Origin: an uncultured Gemmatimonadota bacterium
GTDB lineage: Bacteria; Blakebacterota; Blakebacteria; Blakebacterales; Blakebacteraceae
DNA: 64,000 nucleotides
Assembly: GCA_964576115.1 (NCBI GenBank)
Contig: CAZNUA010000011.1
Location: 1-64,000 of the forward strand
Direction: 5' to 3'
Below are positions 16,493 through 29,380 of this stretch, in pieces. The position numbers and the translations under genes were made by a program. The first letter of the stretch is position 1, and the number at the start of each line of letters is the position of its first letter. The notes beneath the pieces were generated by a model that did not search any database, was not told where the DNA came from, and saw only the letters and a program-made list of their open reading frames with translations.

Positions 16493-16539
16493 CGGCCTGC
16501 GGCTCCTTGTCCCCGGATGTCGGGAGTACGGGTGGTCAC

Positions 16540-17925
16540 TCAGTACTGCTTCCGGTAACGAGCGGGCAGGATCCCCATGGCATCGCGGTACTTGGCGACC
16601 GTGCGACGGGCGATCTCATACCCTTCCTGCTGCAGGATCTCAACAATCTTCTGATCACTGAGGGGTTTGCGGCCGTCCTCCTCCTTTACCAGACGTTCGA
16701 TACGCTCTTTGATCGCTTTATTTGACGCGTCTTTGCCCTCCTTGTTTTCGATGCGACCGCCAAAGAAATACTTCAGTTCGAAGACTCCCTGCGGGGTCTG
16801 CACATACTTGCCGTTGGTCACCCGGCTGACCGTCGAGACATGCATACCGATGGCGTCGGCGACCTCCTGCAGAGTCATCGGTTTCAGATGCAGGATTCCC
16901 CGCTCCAGAAAATCGTATTGAGCCCGGACGATATACTCCATGACCTTGACCATGGTCGAGCGGCGCTGGGCGATGGCGCGGATGAGCCAGCGGGCGCCGT
17001 TGAGTTTATCGAGCACGTACTGGCGCGTGTCTTCGCCCGCTTCGGAATCGCGCGCGAGAATCTGTTTGTAGAGGGAACTGATTTTCAGGCGGGGCAGACT
17101 GCGGTCGTTGAAGAGAACCAGGTAGCTGCCGTCGACCTTCTCGACCAGCAGATCGGGGATGATTGTTTTGGCGGCGGCGCCGAAGCGACCGGCAGCGGGC
17201 CGGGGATTGAGCTGTGCGAGTTCGGCCACCGCTCCCTGCACATCGGATTCGAGCAGGTCGAGGGCGCGGGCGATGACCGAGTACCGGTGGTGCTGCAGGT
17301 CGTCGAGATGCTCTTCGACCAGAGCCATGAGGATGGTGTTTTCCTCGCCCAGCTCGCGAAGCTGGATGGCCAGGCATTCACCCAGATCGCGGGCGCCCAC
17401 GCCCGAGGGATCGAAACCCTGCACCACCGTCAGGATCTTTTCCACCAGTCCGGATTCGGCTTCGATCGAATCGGCGATTTCCTCGATCGGTGTCGCCAGA
17501 TAGCCGTCCTCGCTGATATTTCCGATGATCTCCTCGGCCACCTTCCGCTCCCGCCCCTCGAGTTCGGTGAGATTGAGCTGGCCGAGCAGATATTCCTGCA
17601 GACTCGTTTCGGCGGGCTGCGGCAGTTCCTCGAACTCGCGGCTCGTATCGGCCCGCAGACCCCGTCCGCCGACATCGCTGGCATCGGCGATGACCTGCCG
17701 CCAGTCCTGCTCGTCGAAATGATCGTCGGTGGCGTTACGCTGTTCCTCGAGAGCCTGTTGGGTGGATACTTCGGCGGTAGGCACCTCTTCGAGCAGGGGG
17801 TTGGTCTCCAGTTCGGCTTTGAGATAGCGTTCCAGCTCAAGGGTGGGAAGCTGCAAGAGTTTGAGCGACTGGATGAGCTGAGGTGACAGCTTCTGCTCCA
17901 GCCTTGTCTCCTGGACGAGCCTCAT
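16540..17925 (-). CDS. rpoN: RNA polymerase sigma-54
   Basis: LIQSLKLLQLP, HVSTVSRVT, RpoN box ARRTVAKYR. Confidence 0.98.
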   Translation of the reverse strand: MRLVQETRLEQKLSPQLIQSLKLLQLPTLELERYLKAELETNPLLEEVPTAEVSTQQALEEQRNATDDHFDEQDWRQVIADASDVGGRGLRADTSREFEELPQPAETSLQEYLLGQLNLTELEGRERKVAEEIIGNISEDGYLATPIEEIADSIEAESGLVEKILTVVQGFDPSGVGARDLGECLAIQLRELGEENTILMALVEEHLDDLQHHRYSVIARALDLLESDVQGAVAELAQLNPRPAAGRFGAAAKTIIPDLLVEKVDGSYLVLFNDRSLPRLKISSLYKQILARDSEAGEDTRQYVLDKLNGARWLIRAIAQRRSTMVKVMEYIVRAQYDFLERGILHLKPMTLQEVADAIGMHVSTVSRVTNGKYVQTPQGVFELKYFFGGRIENKEGKDASNKAIKERIERLVKEEDGRKPLSDQKIVEILQQEGYEIARRTVAKYRDAMGILPARYRKQY

Positions 17926-18015
17926 GACATCAATCTACCGCCCCCCCTCAACCCGTTCAAGACGTTCCGCCGGCCGCAGTCACACTCCGCGCCAGAACTC
18001 TTGAAAACCGCCTTT

Positions 18016-18759
18016 TCAGGACAGGGTGAAACGCTGACCGAGGTAGACTTTCCGGGCAATCGGATCGTCGACGAGGTCCTCAGCCACCCCCGAAACGAGG
18101 ATTTCACCCTCGTTCATGATATACGCCCGGTCGGTGATATGCAGGGTTTCACGGACATTGTGATCGGTGATGAGCACGCCCAGTCCGCGTTTGAGTTTCA
18201 GGTCGCTCAGGATTTCCTGAATCTCTTCCACCGCGATCGGATCGACCCCGGTGAAGGGTTCGTCGAGCAGAATGAAGTCGGGTTCGGTCACCAACGCCCG
18301 GGCGATCTCGACTCGACGCCGTTCGCCTCCCGAAAGGGTAAAAGCCTTCTGTTTCCGCAGGTGGTCGAGACGAAGATCTTCGAGCAGGTCGTCACAGCGC
18401 TTCCGGCGTTCGGTCCTGTCTGACGTGAAGGTTTCGAGGATGGCGAGCAGATTCTGCTCGACGGTCAGTTTGCGGAACACGCTCGCTTCCTGGGCCAGGT
18501 ATCCCACCCCCAGCCGAGCCCGTTTGTACATCGGCAGGGAGGTCACATCGGCCTCTTCGAGCCAGATCCGGCCCGAGCGCGGCCGGATCAGGCCGACCAT
18601 CATGTAGAACGTGGTGGTTTTCCCCGCTCCGTTGGGTCCGAGCAGCCCGACGATCTCGCGCTGGGTGACATCGAGCGAGACCTCGTTCACGACCCGGCGC
18701 CGGTTGTAGATCTTCACCAGCTTCTCGGCCCGCAGCTGCTTGCGTGACTCAGGATCCAC
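18016..18759 (-). CDS. lptB: LPS export ABC ATPase
   Basis: [49 protein letters not shown]. Confidence 0.97.
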   Translation of the reverse strand: MDPESRKQLRAEKLVKIYNRRRVVNEVSLDVTQREIVGLLGPNGAGKTTTFYMMVGLIRPRSGRIWLEEADVTSLPMYKRARLGVGYLAQEASVFRKLTVEQNLLAILETFTSDRTERRKRCDDLLEDLRLDHLRKQKAFTLSGGERRRVEIARALVTEPDFILLDEPFTGVDPIAVEEIQEILSDLKLKRGLGVLITDHNVRETLHITDRAYIMNEGEILVSGVAEDLVDDPIARKVYLGQRFTLS

Positions 18760-18827
18760 TTCTCGCTCCCTTCAGAGGGCCTAGCACACCATTCCGCAAT
18801 GACGCTCGCATTCGAGGGCCGGTGTAT

Positions 18828-20237
18828 TCAGCCGGGCGGCGGCCTGGTCTGCGGACGTCCCGCCGCCACTTCGACCGAATCGGGGTGAACCGCCATGGGG
18901 ACCGCGCCGGCTCGAACCTCATCCATGCTGTACCAGGTCAGGTCGCCGTTATCGGCGTAGGCGGTCTTGAACTCCCCATCCTCGACTGTCAGGGTGATGA
19001 CCGCAGCCATCGCCCGGACCATATCAGACCCTTCCGGGTCCATGCTCTCGTAGAAACGCGTGACGGCATTGCCGGTGGCCGTGATGCTGGCAGGCTCACC
19101 GCCCGCGAACAGGACCTCGAGTTCCCTGCCGCCCATGGCGTTCTGGCGCTCGGGAAGATCGTCCCGCCAGTAGTAGATGGCGGCCCGCTGCGCGGTCAGG
19201 TCGTCGAGAAGCTCGTCGACCAGGGTGATCGTGATCTCGCGACCGCGCAGGTGCATGTGCTCGGGCTGAGCCGGAATCCTGGTCGAGTCGGGTCCCATCA
19301 TCATCGTTCCCGGACCGGGAATGGTTCGGGTCAGGACCTCGCCGGGACCGTGCAGCAGAATGGCGGTCAGGACATCCCCTTCGACCTCGAGGTCGAGCGA
19401 GTCTGCACTCATGCGGGTCCAGACCGAATCGGCGCTCCCTTCCTCACGGGCCGAACGGCGGATGAGCCAGGGATCGGGTCCGAGCAGACGGGCCAGTCCG
19501 ACTTCCTCGTCCCAGCGCAGGAGCCCCCCGCCGCCGTCGATACCCTCCTTGTGCAGCTGGACCGAATCGCGGACGGTCAGGATCCGGGCGTCTTCTTCGC
19601 TGCGCAGCCAGCGCCCCCGGATGAGCATCTCGCCCCGCTCGACCGCTGCGCCTCCGGTCAGCTCGGCCCACGACGCCTCGCTGCGGAACCTGAGCCGGGC
19701 ATTTTCTTCGCCGCGTACGGCAGTATCGTGCCCGGCCGTATCGGCCGCCGGCTGGAAGAGATACGGCCGGCCGACGGCCACCCCCTCGCCGGTTTCGCGA
19801 TCGAAGGTCAGCCGGTCCGCTTCGACCACCATCCCGTCCTCGCGGTTGTGGGCATGGACACTGCCGGTGGCGATGAGAACCCGCGTCCGGGCCCGGTAGA
19901 GGGCCTCATCCGAACGCACCCGCCAGGTGTCGTCCCAGCCGCGGACCCGACCCCAGAGACGGACTTCCTCCTGCCGGTTGCTGTAACTCGCCCGGTCGGC
20001 CAGAACCCACTGATCGCCATGCCTGAATAGAACGCTGTCGGCCAGGTCGGTGATTCGGATCGTTCCTTCCGGGGTGTGCTGGGTGCGGATGGAAACCTGT
20101 CCGGCGTGGATCATTTCGAGCGGTTGCGGTTCCTGCCCGCCTCGGCCGCCCGGACCGGGTGCGGCAGCCGTTCCGACGGCAAGGACCGGGAGCAGAAGGC
20201 AGGCGGCTCGCCGACGGATTGTGATCCCGCGGTTCAC
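18828..20237 (-). CDS. Extended LptA/OstA-like beta-jellyroll protein
   Basis: Signal peptide and repeated beta motifs (ADRASYS, SDEALYR, ADRLTFD); lies between lptC and lptB; GTG at 20237 overlaps the lptC stop. Confidence 0.8.
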   Translation of the reverse strand: MNRGITIRRRAACLLLPVLAVGTAAAPGPGGRGGQEPQPLEMIHAGQVSIRTQHTPEGTIRITDLADSVLFRHGDQWVLADRASYSNRQEEVRLWGRVRGWDDTWRVRSDEALYRARTRVLIATGSVHAHNREDGMVVEADRLTFDRETGEGVAVGRPYLFQPAADTAGHDTAVRGEENARLRFRSEASWAELTGGAAVERGEMLIRGRWLRSEEDARILTVRDSVQLHKEGIDGGGGLLRWDEEVGLARLLGPDPWLIRRSAREEGSADSVWTRMSADSLDLEVEGDVLTAILLHGPGEVLTRTIPGPGTMMMGPDSTRIPAQPEHMHLRGREITITLVDELLDDLTAQRAAIYYWRDDLPERQNAMGGRELEVLFAGGEPASITATGNAVTRFYESMDPEGSDMVRAMAAVITLTVEDGEFKTAYADNGDLTWYSMDEVRAGAVPMAVHPDSVEVAAGRPQTRPPPG

Positions 20238-20953
20238 AACCGGCTCCGTGAAGTATCGGGCGGGATTGTCCGCAGGGAGTCGGGTACCGTTTCGGAAAGG
20301 GTATCGGAAGCAGTTGCCGCGAGGGTGTCGGGTGAGTCCGCTCGAGTCGAATCCGCCTCGGCCTCGAGCCACTCTCCTCCCTGCCTGGACCAGCCGCTGG
20401 CATTCAGGAACCGATACGATTCCAGCCGGGTATCGGCCTCCAGGCCGGTGCCCTGGATGAACTCTCCGGACTGCATCATCTCGAACGGACCGAAGGTGTA
20501 GATCAGATCGCGGGCTTCATTCCACCAGAGTGTATCGGCTCGCACCGTCCGCCCCTGCGAGGCGGTGAGGACGACGTCGCCCCAGGTCTTGATCCGCCGG
20601 CGTCCGGCCCGATCCTGGTCGTAGATTTCGCCGCTTTCGGCAACCAGATGACTGCTCTGCACTCCTTCGGCGTCGAAGAAATCCGCCTCGAGGGTGTCCA
20701 TGTGGGTGTAGTTCTTCTCGGGCAGCTGGAACAGCGCCATGTACCGCGCTTCGATCACCGCCTGTTTGCGCCCCTGTTCGAAGAGGCTGATGACGGCGTC
20801 CCACTGTTCGGAATCGGGCCGCGGGCCCCGGCGGGAATCTGCTGCAGCCGAGCCGGAGGTCTCGGACTCCCGGGCGCAGCCGCTTGTTGAGGCGATGATC
20901 CCGAGTACAGCCAGGACCGGGAGAATTGAGCCCGCCCGGCGAATCCGATTCAC
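20234..20953 (-). CDS. lptC: LPS export protein LptC (lipoprotein-like)
   Basis: DFFDAEG...HLVAESG, ADTLWWN, GTGLEAD; GTG at 20953 overlaps the upstream stop. Confidence 0.82.
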   Translation of the reverse strand: MNRIRRAGSILPVLAVLGIIASTSGCARESETSGSAAADSRRGPRPDSEQWDAVISLFEQGRKQAVIEARYMALFQLPEKNYTHMDTLEADFFDAEGVQSSHLVAESGEIYDQDRAGRRRIKTWGDVVLTASQGRTVRADTLWWNEARDLIYTFGPFEMMQSGEFIQGTGLEADTRLESYRFLNASGWSRQGGEWLEAEADSTRADSPDTLAATASDTLSETVPDSLRTIPPDTSRSRL

Positions 20954-21900
20954 ACCGGAGCGTGGGGCGCAGCTGAAGGCGGCCGCCAGTCCGGAGGCGG
21001 CCGGGTCCGCCAGCGCTGATGGAACCAGGCCCATTGATCGGGATACCTGAGGATCAGTTCTTCCAGACATACCGTTGCCCGCCGGGTATTCTCCCAGTCA
21101 TCCCATGATGCCTCACCTGTGGCGACGGTCGCCACAGGTTCGCACAGAACCAGCCGGTAACGCCGGGGAGTGGCCCAGATCAGCGCCCCGGGCAGGAGTG
21201 CGGCCCCCGTCAGGCGGGCCAGTGCCGCCGGCCCGGTCGGGGTCCAGGCCGCCCTGCCGAAGAAGTCGACGAAGGTGCCGTGAACCCTGGCCGTGTCCTG
21301 ATCGATCAGCAGGATCACGATCTCGCCGGCCCTCAGGACCGCCTCGATTTTCCGGAAGGCACCTCCCCGGCTGATCCAGTTCGCTCCCTGAGCCGTCCTC
21401 ACGGCAGTATAGAGCCGCTCGAGACGTTCATCGTAGGGCTGTCGACCCACAAAGTGAACGGGAAAGCCCCGGGCGGCAAGCCAGCCGGTCAGCAGTTCCC
21501 AGTTCCCCATGTGGGGAGTGAGCAGGATGACTCCCCGGCCCTGTTCTCTGATACCCGCGAGCCCGGCCAGGGTTTCGGGTTCGGTCAAAACCAGGGTGTC
21601 GAGCGCGTCGGCGTCGAGCCGCCTGACCCGGGCCAGATCGGCCAGACCCGCGGCGAGATTGATATAACTGCGGCGCCCGATCCGTCTGTGCTCGGCCGGG
21701 TCGGATTCATCACCGAAGGCCAGGGCGAGATGGTCGAGGGTTCGGCGCCAGCCGGAGGTATCGACGATCCAGGCGAGCCGCCCGAGGGTACGGGTCAGCC
21801 CCAGAGCCGGAAAGCGGGGCAGACGCCCGAGGAAACGGTACAGGAGATGGATCCCGGCCACAGCCAGGGCACGTCTGAGTCGACGGCGACTCAGTGGCAT
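20950..21900 (-). CDS. Lipid A late acyltransferase (LpxL/HtrB family)
   Basis: TPHMGNWEL, LIDQD, VDFFG, PDQWAWFHQRWRT. Confidence 0.92.
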   Translation of the reverse strand: MPLSRRRLRRALAVAGIHLLYRFLGRLPRFPALGLTRTLGRLAWIVDTSGWRRTLDHLALAFGDESDPAEHRRIGRRSYINLAAGLADLARVRRLDADALDTLVLTEPETLAGLAGIREQGRGVILLTPHMGNWELLTGWLAARGFPVHFVGRQPYDERLERLYTAVRTAQGANWISRGGAFRKIEAVLRAGEIVILLIDQDTARVHGTFVDFFGRAAWTPTGPAALARLTGAALLPGALIWATPRRYRLVLCEPVATVATGEASWDDWENTRRATVCLEELILRYPDQWAWFHQRWRTRPPPDWRPPSAAPHAPV

Positions 21901-21925
21901 CGCGAAGTCGCCCCTTCCGGCTCGA

Positions 21926-22957
21926 TCAGACCACTTTGGCCCGCAAAAGGTCGTGGAGGTGCACGATCCCCTGCGGGACACCCCGTTCATCCACGATGAT
22001 GAGCTGGGTGATCTGGAACGCCTCCATACGGTTCACGGCACCGGCCGCCAGATCCTCGGCCTCGATCGTCTTCGGTCCCGGGGTCATCAAGTCGGCGGCA
22101 ATCACCGCTCCCAGGTCGAAACCCCGCTCCAGGGAACGCCGCAGGTCCCCGTCGGTGATCATTCCCTGCAGCCGTCCGTCGGTGTCCACCACGCAGGTGC
22201 ATCCCAGCCGTTTGCTGGTCATCTCGAGCAGCACTTCATCGGCCCCGGTTCCGAGTTCGACGGTGGGGAGTTCTTCGCCGGTGTGCATCAGATCTCCAAC
22301 CGTGAGCAGGGAACGCCCGATCGAACCCCGGGGGTGGAGCAGGCGGTAATCGCTGGGGCCGAATCCGCGCAGGGAGAGCAGCGCCACGGCCAGAGCATCA
22401 CCCAGCACCAGGGTGGCGGTGGTCGAGGTGGTCGGAACCAGGTCCATGGTGCAGGCTTCTTCGGTATCCCCGATATCGAGCACGATATCGGCCGTAGCGC
22501 CGAGGGTGGAATCACGCCGGGCGGTCATGGCAATGATGGCCAATTCCATCTCTTTGAGGACCGGGATGATGGTCTCGAGCTCTTCGGTCTCGCCGCTCTT
22601 CGAGATGGCCAGGATGATATCGCCCCGCCCGACCATTCCCAGATCGCCGTGAAGTCCTTCGACCGGATGCAGATAGGCCGCCGGCGTACCGGTGCTCGTC
22701 AGAGTGGCCGCCACCTTGCGGCCGATGAGACCCGATTTTCCGATCCCGGTCACGATGACCTTGCCGGGACAGTCATGGATCATCTTGACGGCGGCGCAGA
22801 AATCGGTCCCGATCCGATCGGCCAGGGCGCCGACGCCTCGGGCCTCCAGTTCGACAACCCGGCGCCCCCACTCCGCGATCTGATCGTCATCAACGTCTGT
22901 CCGGCCGGGATCGGATCCCGGAGCCGGATCGGTGGTGCCGCCCGCCTCGTCGATCAT
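21926..22957 (-). CDS. kdsD: Arabinose-5-phosphate isomerase (SIS + CBS)
   Basis: TGIGKSGLIGRKVAATLTSTGTP, HGDLG, PTTSTT, ITDGDLRR. Confidence 0.95.
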   Translation of the reverse strand: MIDEAGGTTDPAPGSDPGRTDVDDDQIAEWGRRVVELEARGVGALADRIGTDFCAAVKMIHDCPGKVIVTGIGKSGLIGRKVAATLTSTGTPAAYLHPVEGLHGDLGMVGRGDIILAISKSGETEELETIIPVLKEMELAIIAMTARRDSTLGATADIVLDIGDTEEACTMDLVPTTSTTATLVLGDALAVALLSLRGFGPSDYRLLHPRGSIGRSLLTVGDLMHTGEELPTVELGTGADEVLLEMTSKRLGCTCVVDTDGRLQGMITDGDLRRSLERGFDLGAVIAADLMTPGPKTIEAEDLAAGAVNRMEAFQITQLIIVDERGVPQGIVHLHDLLRAKVV

Positions 22958-23460
22958 GGGGTCGGAACCCCTCCTTTCGCGGCGATGATCATTTCCAGAA
23001 ACTCCCGGACCGCCCCCTCGCCTCCCCGGGCGGTCGTAACGATGTCGGCTGCAGCACGGACCTCGTCGCGGGCGTTGGCCACCGCACACGATACCCCGAC
23101 CTGCTGCATGAGGCCCAGATCGTTCAGATCGTCACCGACATAGGCCATCTGTCGCGGATGAAGACCGCTCTCGGCGACAATGTCGTCGAAAGCCGCCTGC
23201 TTCACCGTCTGGCCCTGGTAGACCCGCTCGATCTGCAGGCGGTTGGCCCGGATGAGCAGAGCCTTGCTGGTCCGGCCGGTGATGATCGCGTAGGTCAGCC
23301 CGGCCCGGTAACCACGGAAGATACCGTACCCGTCCTGGACGCTGAAGCGCAGCATCTCCCGATCCTCGTCGTCGAGCCAGATCGATCCATCGGTCAGCAC
23401 TCCGTCGGCATCGAAAATGACCAGTTCGATCGCCTTGAGCCGATCGTGCATGCCGGCCAC
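22954..23460 (-). CDS. kdsC: KDO-8-phosphate phosphatase
   Basis: FDADGVLTDG, YVGDDLND, GGEGAVRE; start is GTG 23460 or ATG 23451. Confidence 0.95.
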   Translation of the reverse strand: MAGMHDRLKAIELVIFDADGVLTDGSIWLDDEDREMLRFSVQDGYGIFRGYRAGLTYAIITGRTSKALLIRANRLQIERVYQGQTVKQAAFDDIVAESGLHPRQMAYVGDDLNDLGLMQQVGVSCAVANARDEVRAAADIVTTARGGEGAVREFLEMIIAAKGGVPTP

Positions 23461-23461
23461 G

Positions 23462-24328
23462 TCAGAACTCCTCCCCGGGTGTGGGCAGCGCCCGGGCCTC
23501 ATCGCCAGCGGTGCTGCGGCGGGCGGCATCGATCGCCAGAACCTGGGTCAGGATGGCCCGCAGTTGATCGGGTGTGACCTGGGAGTCGGGATCGCAGAGT
23601 GCCGTCGGGGGATCGGGATGCACTTCGGCGAAGAATCCGGCCACCCCTGCACCGGCGGCGGCCCGGGCCAGCAGAGCGGCGTAGCGGCGCTCCCCCCCCG
23701 ACCGCTCCCCCGCCCCCCCCGGGAGCTGGGTGGAGTGAGCCAGGTCGAAGATCACCGGAGTGCCGTGGCGGGCCATCTCCTGCAGGCCCCGCATGTCGAC
23801 CACCAGATTGTTGTACCCGAAAGAGGTGCCCCGTTCGGTCACCAGAACGTTCTGATTGCCGGCCGAGGTGATTTTAGCGACCAGCGCGTGCATGCCGGCC
23901 GGGGCCATGAACTGCCCCTTCTTGATATTCACCGCCCGGCCGCTGCGGGCCGCGGCCAGGGCCAGCGGGGTCTGGCGGCAGAGAAAGGCCGGGATCTGCA
24001 GCAGGTCGGCGACGGCGGCCGCGGGAGCGATCTCGCCGGTCTCGTGCACGTCGGTTGTGACCGGGATACCGAAACGTTCAGCCGCTTCGGCCAGCACCGC
24101 CAGCCCGGCCTCGAGACCGGGACCGGCATACGAGGTGCCGCTCGACCGGTTGGCCTTGGCATAGGAGGACTTGAGAATGAACGGCACCCCGCATTCGGCG
24201 GCCAGAGCCACGAGTGCCTCGCAGGTCTCCATGACCAGCTCGCGCGACTCGATCACATCGGGCCCGGCAATCAGCACCGGGGGATGTTCTGCCCCGATCG
24301 GTATCGATCCGACTTTCACCTCCGCCAC
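23462..24328 (-). CDS. kdsA: KDO-8-phosphate synthase
   Basis: KSSYAKANRSS, LQIPAFLCRQT, NIKKGQF, ERGTSFGYNNLVVD. Confidence 0.97.
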   Translation of the reverse strand: MAEVKVGSIPIGAEHPPVLIAGPDVIESRELVMETCEALVALAAECGVPFILKSSYAKANRSSGTSYAGPGLEAGLAVLAEAAERFGIPVTTDVHETGEIAPAAAVADLLQIPAFLCRQTPLALAAARSGRAVNIKKGQFMAPAGMHALVAKITSAGNQNVLVTERGTSFGYNNLVVDMRGLQEMARHGTPVIFDLAHSTQLPGGAGERSGGERRYAALLARAAAGAGVAGFFAEVHPDPPTALCDPDSQVTPDQLRAILTQVLAIDAARRSTAGDEARALPTPGEEF

Positions 24329-24334
24329 GATTGC

Positions 24335-26779
<2,445 letters not shown>

Positions 26780-26783
<4 letters not shown>

Positions 26784-27091
26784 AATCCGCTCTCCTCTTT
26801 CGCGGGCGGCAGCACCCGTGGCACGACGAAGAAGTCACCATCGGTCGCCGGGGCTCCGGCCAGCGCCTCTTCGGAACTCAATCCCTGCTCGACGAGATCG
26901 GGACGCAAGGCATTCACTCCGGCTGCATCGGGAGCGGCGTGCGCTCCGGTCCCGGGCTCGAACGGGGGGAGTTCGTCCACCCAGACGACGATCTGTTCGA
27001 GTTGCCGTTCCAGGGCGGTGATGTCTTCGGGAGCGATCTCGAGCCCGGCCAGAGCGGCCATGGTACGGACCGTTTCGGGATCGATCGGCAT
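26780..27091 (-). CDS. gatC: Asp/Glu-tRNA amidotransferase subunit C
   Basis: ETVRTMAALAGL...LRPD...ALAGAP...FFVVPRV. Confidence 0.9.
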
Positions 27092-29277
27092 CAGAGCACC
27101 TTCAGCCGGGCGTACCTGGCCATCAGCCGGCGGGTGCCGGCGTCGTGAAAAGCGACGATCAGACGCAGCTGCTCCCCTGTCCCCGACACTTCCAGGATCC
27201 GGCCGCGCCCCAGGATCGAATGCTCGACCTCCTGCCCCGGAACCAGCTCGGTGGGTGCATCCTGGTTCTCATTCTCGTAATCAGGGATCTCGGCCATGGC
27301 GGCATCCGTTCTCCGCTCTCCCCGCTGCCGGCTGCCGGCCCGGGCCACGGGATCCAGCCGCAACTGATCGATGGTCTGGACCAGTTCGGAGGGCAACTCC
27401 CCCAGGAACCGTGACGGGAGGCGGTCGAGAACGCTTCCCCAGCGCCTCCGGCGCCGGGCCCTGGCCAGGTAGAGTTCTTCCCGGGCCCGGGTCATTCCAA
27501 CGTAGCACAACCGGCGTTCTTCCTCCAGAGCCTCGGCGTCGGTGTCTTCACGCAAGATCGGGCAGAGTTCCTCTTCCAGACCGGTCATGAACACGATCGG
27601 GAACTCCAGCCCCTTGGCGGCATGCAGGGTCATCAGGGTGACGGCCGGCTCGGCTTCTTCCCATTCATCGATGTCGGTCAGCAGGCTCACCTCGGCCAGG
27701 AAGTCGGCCAGGCTGGCTTCGGCCCCGGCCCGTTCGCCGTACTCGTCGAGGGCCGAGAGAAGCTCACCGAGATTCTCCCGGCGAGCCTCGGCTTCGATCG
27801 TTCCCTCGGCGGCGAGCATGTCGAGATAGCCGCTTTCCTCCAAAAGCCCGCGGGCCAGTTCGGCCGGGGCTGTATCCTCCAGACGGGCCGTGAAGCGCTT
27901 GAGAATATCGACGAAGGCGGTCAGCCCGGGTCCCCCCCGCCCGATCACAGCGGCTGCGGCGGCCAGACCGTCGAGCGGATCGCCGGCCCATTCGGCCAGG
28001 TGACGCAGGATCCGGCCCAGGCTCACCTCTCCGATTCCGCGCCGGGGGGCCGCCAGCGCCCGGGCCAGGCTCACCGTATCCCGCGGGTTCACCAGGAGCC
28101 GGAGCCAGGCCAGAGTATCCTTGATCTCAGCCCGCTCGTAGAACCGCACTCCGCCCACGATGGTATATCCGAGACCGGCCTCGCGCAGGGCATGTTCGAA
28201 CTGACGCGATTGGCCGTTGGTGCGGTAGAGGATCACGATTTCGTACAGGTTGCGCCGTTCCTGGCGCACCTTGGCGGCGATGATGCGCGTCACGCCTCGG
28301 GCTTCCTCTTCGTCATTGATGAAAACCAGCTCGCGGACCGGCTCGCCGGTGCCGAGCTCGCTCCACAACCGGCGGCGATGCTGGCCGCTGTTCTGTTTGA
28401 TCAAACCCGAAGCCACGCCGAGAATGGTCGTGGTGGAGCGGTAGTTCTGATCGAGCACGACCACCCTGGCATCGGGGTAGTCACGTTCGAAATCGCGGAT
28501 GTTCCTGATATCGGCCCCCCGCCAGCTGTAGATGCTCTGATCGGGATCGCCGACCACGCACACCCCGCGGTGGACCGCAGCGAGAGACTTGATCAGCAGG
28601 TACTGGGGCCGGTTGGTGTCCTGGTATTCGTCGACGAGCACGTACCGATACCGTTCGGCGTAACGCCGGGCGATTGCAGGTTCTTCCTCGAAGAGACGGA
28701 CGGCATTGAGAAGCAGATCGTCGAAGTCCATGGCGTTGCGGTCACGCAAGGCCTGCTCGTAAGCGGCGTAGACCCGTCCGACGCCTTCATCGATCCAGTT
28801 CCCGGTGGTCCATCTCTGGGCCCCGGCTCCGGCCATCTCGTTTTTCGCCTGTCCGATACGCGCCCGCACCATACCGACGCTGAAGCTGCGTTCGGGAAGA
28901 CCCAGTTCCGAGATGAGCCGCTTGAGCAGGGTGCGGCTGTCGCTTTCGTCGTAGATCGAATAGCCCGGCGAGTATCCGAGCGTATCGCCGTGGCGGCGTA
29001 GCAGGCGGGCACAGAAAGAATGGAATGTACCGGCGGTGACCGCTTCACCGGCTTCACCGGCCAGGTCGCGCACCCGTCCGACCATCTCCCCGGCGGCCTT
29101 GTTGGTGAAGGTCACGGCCAGGATCTGCCAGGGCTCGATATCGGTCTCGGTAATCAGCCAGGCGATTTTGGCGGTCAGAACCCGGGTTTTCCCGCTGCCG
29201 GCTCCGGCGACGACGAGAAGGGGGGAATCAAGCCAGGTGACGGCTTCGCGCTGGTTTGGATTGAGTTCGATCCCCAT
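27091..29277 (-). CDS. pcrA: UvrD/PcrA SF1 DNA helicase
   Basis: AGAGSGKTRVL, VDEYQDTN, VGDPDQSIYSWRGA, NYRS, TLHAAKGLEF, EEERRLCYVGMTRA, C-terminal Tudor-like domain. Confidence 0.96.
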   Translation of the reverse strand: MGIELNPNQREAVTWLDSPLLVVAGAGSGKTRVLTAKIAWLITETDIEPWQILAVTFTNKAAGEMVGRVRDLAGEAGEAVTAGTFHSFCARLLRRHGDTLGYSPGYSIYDESDSRTLLKRLISELGLPERSFSVGMVRARIGQAKNEMAGAGAQRWTTGNWIDEGVGRVYAAYEQALRDRNAMDFDDLLLNAVRLFEEEPAIARRYAERYRYVLVDEYQDTNRPQYLLIKSLAAVHRGVCVVGDPDQSIYSWRGADIRNIRDFERDYPDARVVVLDQNYRSTTTILGVASGLIKQNSGQHRRRLWSELGTGEPVRELVFINDEEEARGVTRIIAAKVRQERRNLYEIVILYRTNGQSRQFEHALREAGLGYTIVGGVRFYERAEIKDTLAWLRLLVNPRDTVSLARALAAPRRGIGEVSLGRILRHLAEWAGDPLDGLAAAAAVIGRGGPGLTAFVDILKRFTARLEDTAPAELARGLLEESGYLDMLAAEGTIEAEARRENLGELLSALDEYGERAGAEASLADFLAEVSLLTDIDEWEEAEPAVTLMTLHAAKGLEFPIVFMTGLEEELCPILREDTDAEALEEERRLCYVGMTRAREELYLARARRRRRWGSVLDRLPSRFLGELPSELVQTIDQLRLDPVARAGSRQRGERRTDAAMAEIPDYENENQDAPTELVPGQEVEHSILGRGRILEVSGTGEQLRLIVAFHDAGTRRLMARYARLKVL

Positions 29278-29289
29278 CGTTCTCCCCGG

Positions 29290-29328
29290 AAAGAAAAACC
29301 GGGCGACGGTTCACAGCCGTTCGCCCGG
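29290..29328 (-). terminator. Intrinsic terminator after the LysM gene, ending 12 nt before the pcrA ATG
   Basis: CCGGGCGA...TCGCCCGG stem followed by TTTTTCTTT. Confidence 0.75.
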
Positions 29329-29380
29329 GGTTTCAATGTGCAGTTGCGGAGGGGAGAACGCTACGGAAAACCCCACTCCT

